DNA from: Octopus vulgaris
Lineage: Eukaryota
DNA length: 64,000 nt
Reading direction: 5' to 3'
Assembly: GCA_951406725.2 (NCBI GenBank)
Contig: OX597815.1
Span: 176,080,001 to 176,144,000 of the forward strand
Within the stretch, counting starts at the first letter, position 1; every line of letters begins with the position of its first letter. The translations under genes were made by a program, and so were the position numbers. The notes beneath the pieces are model-generated. The model was not told where the DNA came from. It searched no databases and worked only from the letters and a program-made list of their open reading frames with translations. Below, piece after piece: positions 52,914-64,000 of the stretch.

Positions 52914-53849
52914 GAAAAAAATACTTTATGCAAACTATAGAGGGAGAAAATCGTTTACCGCTACTTCTAAAACCCACATTGGAACCCGGCATTGATTTTG
53001 CTTGTTTGTATCTCCATACACTTTCTTTGGCCTAGATGACCTTAATATTCCCGATAATGATAGCAAAGCAAATCAAGCATTTCTTTATGATGGTGAAAAT
53101 GTTTTATCACGGATCTATTTGTTTACACAGCACTGCCAAATGCACGAATTAAGATTGCTCTTGTAATTTGGTTTGCAACGCAATAAACAATCTGCTTCAG
53201 TACTTTATTTACTATACATTACCGATACAATTTTCTAATTTCTCATTTGATTTATTTCATACACTCAGTACAGAGTAAACCTTAGTGTCTCCTGCTATTG
53301 TACTGAACATTAGACCATGTTACCCGTTATATTAGAAAATTGTACACCCGAATGGAAGGCTAAGAACACTCTACTACATTTACACTATTGGCAGAGGTAC
53401 GCTACATGAGATTGATTGTTTGAGAAACGAGCGAGAAGTATATTGGTTTCCTTCCAATACATTACGGTTTCGAGGCAAGCAGAGTTACTCGGATGTCGGT
53501 CTTCCGGATGAAAAATCCATAGTTCATATATTGTTATTGGTGTTTAAACGGGACCTGCGCTCATAGTTAAAACAACGCCTGCTCCACCTAATTGAAACTC
53601 TGAAGACGATATTATACGAAGAAAACCCTAGGAATGAGTCGTTGAAAGGAATCATCCGTGAAAGATTAAATATGTATAGATATTATCGATGGATTTTTGG
53701 CTACAGCTTGTATGTATTATGTTGGTGATCGACTGAGGAAAAATAAAGTTGGTACTTGTAGGGTATCAAATCAGAGACAGCAATCTCCCCTCCGCATGCA
53801 ACAATCTTGTGCAAGCAATCTTCTTCTTCTTCTTCTTCTTCCCCTCCCG

Positions 53850-53891
<42 letters not shown>

Positions 53892-53909
53892 GAATTGCAT
53901 TCTAATTGG

Positions 53910-54127
53910 GAGGTGGCGAGCTGACAGAGTCGTTAGCACGCCGAGAGAGATGCTTAGCAATATTTCGCCTGCCTTTACGCTCTGAATTCAAATTCCACCG
54001 AGGTCGACTTTGCCTTTCATTCTTTTGGGGTCGATAAATTAAGTACCAGTTACGCACTGGGGTCAATCTAATCGACTGCCCCCCTCCCCCAAAGATTTCG
54101 GGCCTTGTGCCTACAGTAGAAAAGAAT
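53910..54127 (+). mobile_element. Full-length SINE family B
   Basis: gaggtggcgagctgacagagtcgttagc...ttcaaattcc...gcctttcattcttttggggtcgataaattaagtaccag...ggccttgtgcctacagtagaaaaga. Confidence 0.88.
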
Positions 54128-54357
54128 TGCATTCCACAATACAAAAGGCAAAAAGGAAAAAACATCATTCAAATATCGTAACACATAAATTTTAAAAAAA
54201 GAATACCCCAAAGGAGTAGAAGACTTCGGAGTGGTGGGGCTTTAAGTAGAGGACTGTATAAAAAATATGTTCGTGGACACACTCACACGGAACATCTGCC
54301 CTACCACAGAAAGAAGTTAGTTCATTCCAGCATTAAAGTCAAAATTTACGATACTGT

Positions 54358-54690
54358 TGTAGGTGTGTGGTAAGTAGTTTGTTTTCCGACCACATAGTTC
54401 TGGGTTCAGTCTCACTCTGTGGCACCTTGAGCAAGTGTCTCTACTATGGCTTCGAGACAACCAAAGCCTTGCGAGTGGATTTGGTAGACGGAAACTGAAA
54501 GAATCTCGTTGTACCGTTGTATATACATATGTGTGTATGTATGTGTGTGTGAGAGAGTGAGAGAGAGTGTATGTATTTATGTTTGTATTCCGACCTTACC
54601 ACTGCTTGACAGCAAGTTTTGGTTTGTTTACGTCCGATTAACACAGCGGTTCGGCGAAAGAGCCCGATACAAAATTTTTTAAGGCGGTGC
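54358..54690 (+). mobile_element. SINE family A
   Basis: gtgtggtaagtagttt...ccttgagcaagtgtct...ggtagacggaaactgaaagaa. Confidence 0.78.
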
Positions 54691-54987
54691 CCCATCGTTG
54701 CCTATTTTCACTGTATCTTGTATTACAGATAAAATGTGACCTCATTTTTCCTTATAGTACAGAATTTGTTTACGCTATCGTTGGCTTCCAAACCGATTGG
54801 CTTCCAAACCGATTTGCTTCCTCATTAGCTCACATACACTTCTGTGTGTATGTGTGCGCGCACACTTAGTTCTTTTTTGTTTTGTTTTGTTTTTTTGGTA
54901 CAGAAAGAATCATGTCTCCAGTCTTTATTGCCTTAGGAGGTCAAAGGCCACTGTTCTGGGTACAAAGTGACCAGCTTTTCAACAACG

Positions 54988-55034
<47 letters not shown>

Positions 55035-55044
55035 ATCCAAACAT

Positions 55045-55295
55045 GAGTGGAGGCGCAATGGCCCAGTGGTTAGGGCAGCGGACTCGCGGTCGGAGGATCA
55101 CGATTTCGTTGTATGTGTTTATTGAGCGTGAACACCTAAAGCTCCACGAGGCTCCGGCATATGGGGGTTGGCGACCCCTGTTGTACTCTTTCGCCCCAAC
55201 TTTCTCTCACTCTTCCTTCCTGTTTCTTGGGTAACGCTGCGATGGACTGGCAACCCGTCCAGCTGGGGGGAAGCACATACGCCACAGAAACCGGA
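55045..55295 (+). mobile_element. tRNA-derived SINE with V-domain-like segment
   Basis: tRNA-like head ggcgcaatggcccagtggttagggcagcggactcgc; ctgcgatggactggcaacccgtccag...cagaaaccgg. Confidence 0.65.
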
Positions 55296-55660
55296 GAGTA
55301 CAAGAGAAGGATGTGGAGGGGGGGGGTATGAGCGTGCGCGCAGGTCTGTGTGTGTGTTTGTGTGTGTGAATGGTTGTTGCTGTTTATGTGTGTGTGGTTG
55401 GGCTTAGTATCGTTTAAGGTCATAGGAAGAATTTATAGCAAGAATTTTGGTAGGAGTGGCTGCCTCTTGTGTGTCTACCTACACATGCGCGTAGAATGGT
55501 CAGTAGAAGGTACTGGTAGTTTGAAGTATGTGTGTGTGCGTGTATGTATATGTAGTGCGTGTGAGTTTTGTTTGCAGTGTGTGTGCATGTGTGTGAACGA
55601 GGGGTTGTGTAGCGGATATAGGTGCGTTTTTTGTGCGTGTATGCATGTGCGTGTGTGTGC

Positions 55661-55691
<31 letters not shown>

Positions 55692-55753
55692 CGGAGAGAC
55701 AGAAAGAGAAAGAGGGAGAGACGTGTGTGTGTTTGGTATACGCCTAGCTAGCT

Positions 55754-55788
<35 letters not shown>

Positions 55789-56359
55789 CTGACCAAAGCC
55801 TTGTGAATGGACTTGGTAGACCGAAACAGACAAAAGCCAGACGTATATATGTGCGTGGATGTATGTATGAATGTGTGTACGTATAGCTGTGTGTGTATGT
55901 TTGCATGTATGTATAAGTATACAACCCACCACCTTTCATCACCATTGCTTCTTTTGTCTTTTCTCTTGAAGTTGTTCTTATTTTCATTGTTTTGGATTTG
56001 TCCTTGTCTGACTTGAAATTTTCAGTTAACACCTTAACCAAAGTAAATAGATGGCTCATCTATGTAGTTTGATCTTAACATGGGGCCCCTCAACTGCGGA
56101 GGCCCCTTGCGACCGCAGGGGCTTAGCGACGGTCCTGCGAGAACGTATTGAGAAGAGCATTGTCGCTGTAAGAACGATTACCACCCGTGTATTTATTTTT
56201 TCGCCTAACTTCATTTTATTTTGAAAATGGGCAACCCTAGCGTGTTTAGTTTAATGGCCTATCAATGTGTGCAGCGAGTTTCTTTGCCCTTGGTGTCGGC
56301 AAAAAGTGGATACAGAATTCAAAGAAAAACTAACAAGAACAACAATATCAACAATTGTT

Positions 56360-56760
56360 TAAAATTCTGACAAAAGGCGAAGCAAATTTTAGGGAGAAAG
56401 ATAGTCGACTACATCAGCCCTAGTACTTTACTAATGTTGTATTTTCTCGACCCCGATGGGAGGAAAAGCAATGGCGACATCGGTGGGTTTTAAGCTTAAA
56501 ATGTAGAGTCAGAAGAAATGCTGCTGACGATTTTGTCATTAATAATAATGATAATAACACTTTGTTATACAGGGTACAAGGCCTGATATTTTGGGACAGG
56601 TGGGTAATCGATTACTTCGATCCAGTGAGGTGCTCACTGATGCCTATTTTATTGACCCCGAAAGGATAAAAGGTAAAGTCAACCTCGGTAACATTTGAAT
56701 TCAGAATATAAAAACGAAGTGCCGCTAAGCAGTTCATCCGACACACCATCAGTTCAGCTA
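56360..56760 (-). mobile_element. Two decayed tandem SINE family B copies
   Basis: tcgaccccgatgggaggaaaagc and ttgaccccgaaaggataaaaggtaaagtcaacctcgg, separated by (TAA)-like repeats. Confidence 0.7.
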
Positions 56761-57187
56761 ATAATAATAATAATAATGATGATGATGATAATTTACAGCT
56801 AATTCACATTATAAAATTATTTTGCTAGAGAATGGTTCATTTATATATATATATATATATATAATTTTTGCTTGCTTCCTCTCCACTCCACGAATAGACC
56901 TGATGATTTGTGAGGAAATATAACTTTGGTGGAAGTATCTTCAGAATGTAGGGAAAGGAATCTTTCTTATATCATATGTCATATATTTTGACGTATTTGA
57001 TAGCTTGTGTAGTGTTTTTCGCTGATATCGTAGGAAGCTAGAGCAGTAATTTCTGTTGAATATCCGGTTTTAATTCAAATTCTGCCAAGATAACAAAAAT
57101 GCATATAATTCTTGTGCACCTAGGTTTACGGTATGTGCTAGTGTATGCCTTAGACTATATTTGCGCTCCATAAAATTTCATCAGGTA

Positions 57188-58366
57188 CCGTAAATCCTCG
57201 AGTTTAGTTCACCCTTGAGTATAATACGCAGGGGATTTTTAGGGGGCTGTACCTCTGAAAAACCTGAACCTTGTGTATAATACGCACCCTTTCTCTAACT
57301 TGAGTCAAGGAGGTCTATATAACGTCCTTGGTTAGTAAAAATGTATATGGTAACGTCCTTTATTATTATTGTATATATAACAACGCAAAGGTGTAGCTTT
57401 TGTGTGCATTTTGTTTGCAGAAAATAAAGAAGAAATAACATCTGTGAAAAATAAATATTAAGTAAATTGCCTTTACATATTTATCACTATTAGTTGCAAA
57501 AGCAAAAACATTTATTCAAATCCTTCAAATTCAACATGAAATAACTGTTCCATTTGTTCCTCCTAAACGCGGTCCCCCCCTTCTTGCCTTCTTTATCTTT
57601 GGCATTTGTTTAATTTCATCTTTATTTCTTCTCCATAACCTGACATTGCTTTCGTCAACATCAAATTTTCTTCCGGCGGCCCTATTACCATGCTCTTCAG
57701 CATATGATATAACTTCAAGTTTAAACATAGGTGAATAAGATCTACGAGGCATTTTATGGGTATGTAATGTATAAGATGCTTTATTGGAGATCAATGTACA
57801 GGCTTAAGACCCGCTTATAAAAAAAACCCTAGTAAAGACCCACAGTAATTCAAACATTTAATATTGGTATTTAATTAATTATCTATTGTTTGCCACGGTA
57901 ATGATGCAAACTGCAATACAAACGCAGGATGAACTATTTAGCGCTAAACAATTAAGCACAATTCGTGCGTAATTAAGCCAGCAACACCTAGCCGAACAAA
58001 CACTTCCGCGCATGCGCAATACAATAATGGGGATGTTATTAACTGTTATATGGGAATGTAAATATGTTTGCAAATTGTTTTTGTTATATGTTATTCTGTG
58101 TTCTGAATACTTTTATTTTAATAAATATTGCTTACTGCAAGTTATGGATGATTCTTTTATGACTTCATTGCTTTCAAGTTTAGCTTAAGGTATTTTTGTG
58201 CCCGACATCACAAAATGCGTCGGAATAAACATTGTCGGACAGCAAATAGAGACTCGGACATTGCTTAGAAAATATTTTTCATTCTTAACCTCGTATATAG
58301 TACGCACTAGGGATTTTGACCTTTAAATTTTGGGGGAAAATGCGGATTATACTCGAGGATTTACGG
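57188..58366 (-). mobile_element. Internally deleted pogo/Tigger-type DNA transposon with both TIRs and TA TSD
   Basis: TA|CCGTAAATCCTCGAGT...ACTCGAGGATTTACGG|TA, with subterminal gtataatacgca repeats. Confidence 0.9.
57531..57752 (-). pseudogene. Truncated pogo transposase, N-terminal Brinker-type HTH DNA-binding domain only
   Basis: MPRRSYSPMFKLEVISYAEEHGNRAAGRKFDVDESNVRLWRRNKD; no DDE domain follows. Confidence 0.8.
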
Positions 58367-58902
58367 TACTTAACAGAGAGCATCCTCAGTTGTGTTATAT
58401 CGGAATCACTGTTGTTGATGGGGAAGAACATGGCTAAAGGGAGTAAGAGATTTCGGCAGATTTAAATGAAAAAATCTGACTAATGATCAAGACTCATTTC
58501 CCTACTGGTCTCCCCGACTTCATACATGAACAATATCAACCCACCATTGTATCAAACGCCTTCGAAATCGAGTAGAATTCTCGAGAAATCAGTGGCCACC
58601 GGACCCATATAGAAAGAGACAATCCGTATCTGCACAAAATCAATAACGGTTTATGTCTGTTGCGGTGGAGAGAGTGAAAAGACGGAAGAGTAACGTTATG
58701 TTCTCTGTTACTATTTTTAACTGGGGATTGGGGTGTGCTTCTTCTAAATACAATGTACACACACACACACACACAATTACACATACATTCATACATGTGT
58801 GTATGCGTGTGCATAAATATAACGCTTATACCGACGTATACATATTATATACATACACTTATACATATTTACACAGATGCATAAACACACATACACACGT
58901 TT

Positions 58903-59091
58903 CAACTTTTGGCACAATGCCAGTAGATTAGGGGAGGAGGCAATCGATTACATTGATTACTGATTTTATCGATTCCAAAACAATGAAAGGCGAAGTTGAC
59001 CTCGGGAGAATTTGAACTCAGAAAGTAAAAACGGACGAAATGCAGCCAAGTATTTTGTGCGGCGCGCTAACGACTCTGCCAGCTCACCGCC

Positions 59092-59135
<44 letters not shown>

Positions 59136-59272
59136 CCTTTCTTTTATAGGCACAAGGCCTGAAATTTGGCGGAATGGAACTAGTCGATTACATCGACTAC
59201 TGTGTTTCGCTATTACTTATTTAATCGACCGCTAAAGCATGGAAGACAAAGTAGACCTCAGCGGAATTTGAA
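58903..59272 (-). mobile_element. Two SINE family B copies separated by (TAA)n
   Basis: 58903-59092 ends gctaacgactctgccagctcaccgcctt; 59138-59272 is 5'-truncated. Confidence 0.78.
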
Positions 59273-59313
<41 letters not shown>

Positions 59314-59327
59314 GTAATAATAATAAT

Positions 59328-60057
59328 TTGAAAGGCTTTTGATAGTATTTCCCACACAAGGATTCAAGAAACACTAGCCATGAACAAGGTAGCACCAATA
59401 ATCATAAAATATATAAAGCATTCCATGAATAAATGGCAGATGGTGCTGCATCTCCAGACAAAAGAGGTACTCATTGCATGCTACAAATGACAAACAGCTG
59501 GAAACATTACCACAGACAATACATGGATTTACCAAAGAAATAAACATGAAATTTGGCTTAGAAAAATGTGCCAAAGCATCCTGGGAAAAGGAAAACTGGT
59601 TAAGAATAACAATATCACACTAGATAAAGCAAATGAAATAAGAGAATTCGACCAAAACCAGATACACAAATACTTAGGAATCAATGACCTAGATACGATA
59701 CGACACACACAAGTGAAAGAGAAGGTAAAAAAGAAAGACTATAGACGAGTTAGATTAATACAGAAAACAGAGCACAATGCGAACAACAAGATAATAGGCA
59801 TCAGCACTCTAGCCGTCCCAGTTATAAGTTACAGCTACAATATCCTTAACTGGACTCTAAATGAACTATCAAAATAGACAGGAAAAAAGAAAAATTTAAT
59901 ATGCACCACCAAAAATCTGACATAGAAAGATTATATATACAAGGTATCGCAGGCTTTGTACAGCTAGAAAACTATTACGGGTAGTCATGATGGGTATACT
60001 GGGCTTCGTATATTTTATTCCAGTGTCACTTTGATGGCATGAACTGCTCTCTCACTC

Positions 60058-60060
<3 letters not shown>
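59328..60060 (+). mobile_element. Internally deleted R4/Dong-type RT fragment with 3' terminus
   Basis: KAFDSISH, FTKEINMKFGLEKCA, HKYLGI and LAVPVISYSY; (TAA)n on both sides. Confidence 0.82.
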
Positions 60061-60112
<52 letters not shown>

Positions 60113-60114
<2 letters not shown>

Positions 60115-61330
60115 CTGAGTTGTTTTAGGAACACTGAGAGCACTAACAACCAAGTTTGAACTGAAAAATATGATGGGGAAATTGGAACTGAGATGAGGGA
60201 AAACATCCTTAGAAGAGAATACTTTATCGGGGATAGAGAGTATTTTGGGATTGGTGGTTAGATGTTCAGCATGGTAGTAAGAGGCCCTGTGAGATCTTTG
60301 ACAACTAGTTGCTGTCTGCTCTTCCAAAATGAACCAGAGCCCTTGAAAGGGAGAAACTAGGGCAGAAGAGGCTTAATAGCAGAAGAATGTATATAGATGG
60401 AAAGAAAAGGCCAAGTAGAGTATTTACAGAGCAGTACAGAAAAACTACCAAAATAAAGATGAAGTGCGTAATAGGAAAACAGGACAAGAATGAAAATCAA
60501 AGAGAGTACTTCAGACAGATTGAAGAGAAACCTTTACATGGACAATTTTGGAGAGTCACTGAGGATGCGTGTAGAACAAAATCCTGGGTTTAGTTGAAAA
60601 AAAGGGGCAATTAAAAAAGAAACAGAGAGCCTAATTGTAGCAGCCCAAGATGAAGCGATGAAAAAAAAAACAACTTAAGGAAAGATATATATGGAGAGAA
60701 TGTGTCAGAAAAATGTAGAACCTGTGGAACCTGGAACGACACAGTGGCACACATTGTGGTAGAATGCCCCAAGTTCGTACATGAAGAATATAAGAAATGG
60801 AGACACGACTAGACTGTAGAAGTTTTACACTGAAAACTGTGCCAGAAATAGGGATTTGAAGTTGGAAACACATGGTACAATCATCGAATCGAAAGGGTAC
60901 TGGAATCAGAGAAATGTAAGATTTTGTGGGACTTTCCTATTCAAACGGACAAGAATTTAGAAAACAATAGACCAGACATAACGGTTATAGATAGGGAAAA
61001 GCGAAGTTGCTTACTTATCGACCCATCATGCCCATTTGATTCCAGGATCGTAAATTTGAGATGAGACGAATTTGGAGCATGCGAACAGTAAAAGTTGTGC
61101 CTATAATAATTGGTACGCTGAGAACAGTAAGCCAAGATATAGGCAAATGGTTGAAGGAGATTGAAGTAGAATGCCTGATGGAACTCTTACAAAAAGTTTG
61201 TCTCTTAAAGACATCAAGGATTATCAGGTTCTAAACACTTGAAAGACTGCTGAAAACTTGTGAATACAAACGGCTACAGGTAGTAACCCGCTATCCACGT
61301 AATTCCTACCAGGAACCTGAGCCAAACCAA
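60113..61330 (+). mobile_element. Two further R4/Dong-type 3' fragments
   Basis: 60113-60345: VVLGTLRAL. 60380-61330: EKPLHGQFW, ETESLIVAAQDE, CRTCG...VAHIVVEC and ILWDFPIQTDKNLENNRPDITVID. Ends in AAT repeats. Confidence 0.8.
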
Positions 61331-63042
61331 AAATAATAATGATAATAATTATAATAATGATAAATGTGCATTTTCTCTTATTTGCTACGTCCACGATTTT
61401 ACAATGGATAGTTTTCTTTTACGGAAAGATAGTATTATAGTTATTGCAAATGTTTTTGTTTCTTTCTGGATCCTTGGTTGTAGCACCCAGATGAAGCAGT
61501 GGAAGTTTCGGTCTCAGATACCTTTAATAAATGTAGCAATTGTTGTTGCTGATTTTGTTTTTGGCGGGTGAAAAGATGCGTCTTCAATGAATTATTGAAC
61601 ATGCTTGTTATGTTATTTTTGTTCGTTTGTTACTTCATGCGTCATTCACTGCTTTTGAAAATCCATCAGAGATTCTGTAAATATTCTGATCAATAAACCT
61701 GAAAAATTCATTTTCCATTAGGTGCAGGATATGACAAGCCTTTGCTCTCAGTGTTGTGGATTTCATCAAAAGAAACACAAAAACGAACTGTCGTCAAAAT
61801 AATGCGATAAATTAAGTTGAAAATATGAAAACAGATTTTGACAAAACTTCTAATTTCATATTATAATTGAAGTAATCTAGAATATACATTTCTATATTCT
61901 AGATAAATATGTTTTTAAATTTTCTAGAGAATACAAACGTATATTCTAGTACAGATTAGAATATACGTCTGTTTAGAAAAAAGACCATAGAATTTAGTAC
62001 TAATTCTTTAGAGTTTAATTTGAAATACAGTTCATGCTTTACGTGTTTTCCCAGCGCGGTTCGAGGAATCGTAATAAGTGATCTATTAATGTAATTCTAA
62101 AGTTTAGAACTACAAATTGCAGAGGAAAAGAAAAAAATTATTTTGAATGTAAACGATTCAAATTTTCCTCCACAATTTGTTATCAGGGTTCTAATATGAG
62201 GAATACTAATATACGATGGTAAATATAATCTTCACTTTAAAACTAGGAATTTTAAGGTCTTAAATTTAAAACATAATGAAAATATAGTGTTTTAATCGTT
62301 GCAGCATTCTCTTATTCACCTATTTTCGAATCTTGGAACTTGTTCATCATAGAAACATCAATATGGCAATAGGTTACAAGGTCTTATTTGTTTTGTTTAA
62401 ATTCAATTAAAAGGGAAATGAAGTGGAATAAAAGAATCAAGAGGAAAACGAAGTAAATGGTGTCTAGTTAAGCAACAACGCTTATTGTTTTATTGACGGT
62501 TGCGACCAGATGTAATCTCGTTGACGTCATTGCAGAACCATAAACAAAAGAATATTGCTCATTGCAATAAAGTGCTCAGAGATAATTTCGTTGAGAAAAA
62601 TATTTATATAATACAAAAGGCCAACTTCGTAAACAGAAAACATATACTTCATAATAAAGAAAAACAAACTTAACGAGTTTTCACGGTCGACATCTTCATC
62701 CATTTGGTCAGACAAATTGAATTTTATTCTAATATCCCAATGAATGAATAAAGAAATAGTAAAACATTGAAATATAATATGTAAAAGATGCGTCAGTGCA
62801 GATATTGATTACTTATAATATATTGATTAATTCTTAGCATACATTCTGCACATATTCTTCATGCATTTAGACATAAATCTACCCGCTGAACTTGGCAGCA
62901 TATTTAACAAACGCAATGTTGCTTGGAATCACGCTGTTATACATATACAAATGAAGTTGTATTGATCATTACTTTTCGCATCTACTCCTATATGCATTCG
63001 CAGACAAACATATGCATACATGCACACACAAACACCTAATCC

Positions 63043-63108
<66 letters not shown>

Positions 63109-63615
63109 TTGTGTGTGTATGTATGAATGCGTCTAGATTCTAATGAATCTTGTAACTTATATGTATATATATACACACCTGTGTAGCAGCACAGCATGAA
63201 AATTAAAACTGCTCAACGTGTTAAAAGAAAAAGCTTTCGTATTCTGGAATAAAAACTCAAAAGCTCGAGATCTCGATGGGAGCATCGAATTGATGGCTTC
63301 TCGTCAGTTTTCTTTTAACCGAGCATCGAGTTACGCAGAAGGAGCAACCGATATACCTATGTATCGAGTAAAAGAGTGTTAATCGAGGATGAGTGAGCTA
63401 AAGGCGTAATTTACATTAGGTTTCTGCCGTAGTATGAAATTCTTAAAATATCATACCTACGCCAATTAAGATGTATTCTTCCTATGACTATCAGGTTCCA
63501 TTATTCGTAATAATGGTAATGTGTTAAATGAGGTTTTAAACGCATTTGCTACCGAGAACATATTCGTTTCATTTCACATGAAACATATATATATATATAA
63601 ACGTACATGTGTATG

Positions 63616-63655
<40 letters not shown>

Positions 63656-64000
63656 CAGTATAGAAAGGTAAGTAGGTGGGTTATAGAATAATTAAAATAA
63701 TAGTTTTCTTTCCTACCATCATGTAACTAAGTCTTTTGGGTTAAAACACTTTCGGAACGTTTCTCGTAAATTTATCCTCGTCGTGGATGAGTAAGTCTTT
63801 CTGTAGAAAGAACCAATGTTTATTTAATCATCTTCCCATATATTGTTACAATATAACCGACGTCATATTGCGATTATATAATCAGAAGGCTGCAATATGC
63901 AAAATGTCTATTGCTGTAATTTCGTTGTAAATATTGCGATAAATATGGAATAAGAGACACGCTCGTCTCCACCTGAGATTGTTATGAGATTTTATTTTTT

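Noticed and set aside
55045-55110. tRNA gene
   Set aside because: Only the 5' half is tRNA-like; the T-arm and acceptor stem are missing and it continues into a SINE body.
61875-61970. Two short ctagaatata/tatattctag palindromes
   Set aside because: Short and extremely AT-rich; plausible by chance or local slippage.
63260-63390. Cluster of TCGA words and a tcgagatctcga palindrome
   Set aside because: No regular period, repeat unit or termini found.
1-64000. CRISPR array, rRNA, operon or other prokaryotic system
   Set aside because: No regularly spaced repeats, rRNA signatures or long intact ORFs; the sequence is animal repeat-rich DNA.

Overview
AT-rich, microsatellite-saturated animal non-coding DNA. 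The SINE content and repeat landscape resemble an octopus (coleoid cephalopod) genome; this is recall, not a database result. I find no intact host protein-coding gene, and almost all short ORFs in the track are translated (TA)n/(CA)n/(TAA)n repeats. The window is a mosaic of mobile-element remains: two abundant tRNA-derived SINE families plus a minor third; many Penelope-like element (PLE) remnants (one RT body, GIY-YIG ends, inverted pseudo-LTR hairpins in (TA)n); R4/Dong-type retrotransposon fragments in (TAA)n and (TACA)n; Tx1/L1 and CR1/L2-type fragments; a decayed mariner; a TIR-complete pogo derivative; and two non-autonomous Helitrons. The most interesting signals are RNA-level. About ten minimal hammerhead-like motifs occur, three sharing a CCGAnGA core variant. 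A 64-nt tail is shared by the RT-bearing PLE and a small coding-free hairpin element. A TSD-bounded 550-bp element has a densely structured end. There is also a near-perfect 122-bp-arm palindrome and a pre-miRNA-like hairpin. All calls were made by eye and boundaries are approximate unless stated.
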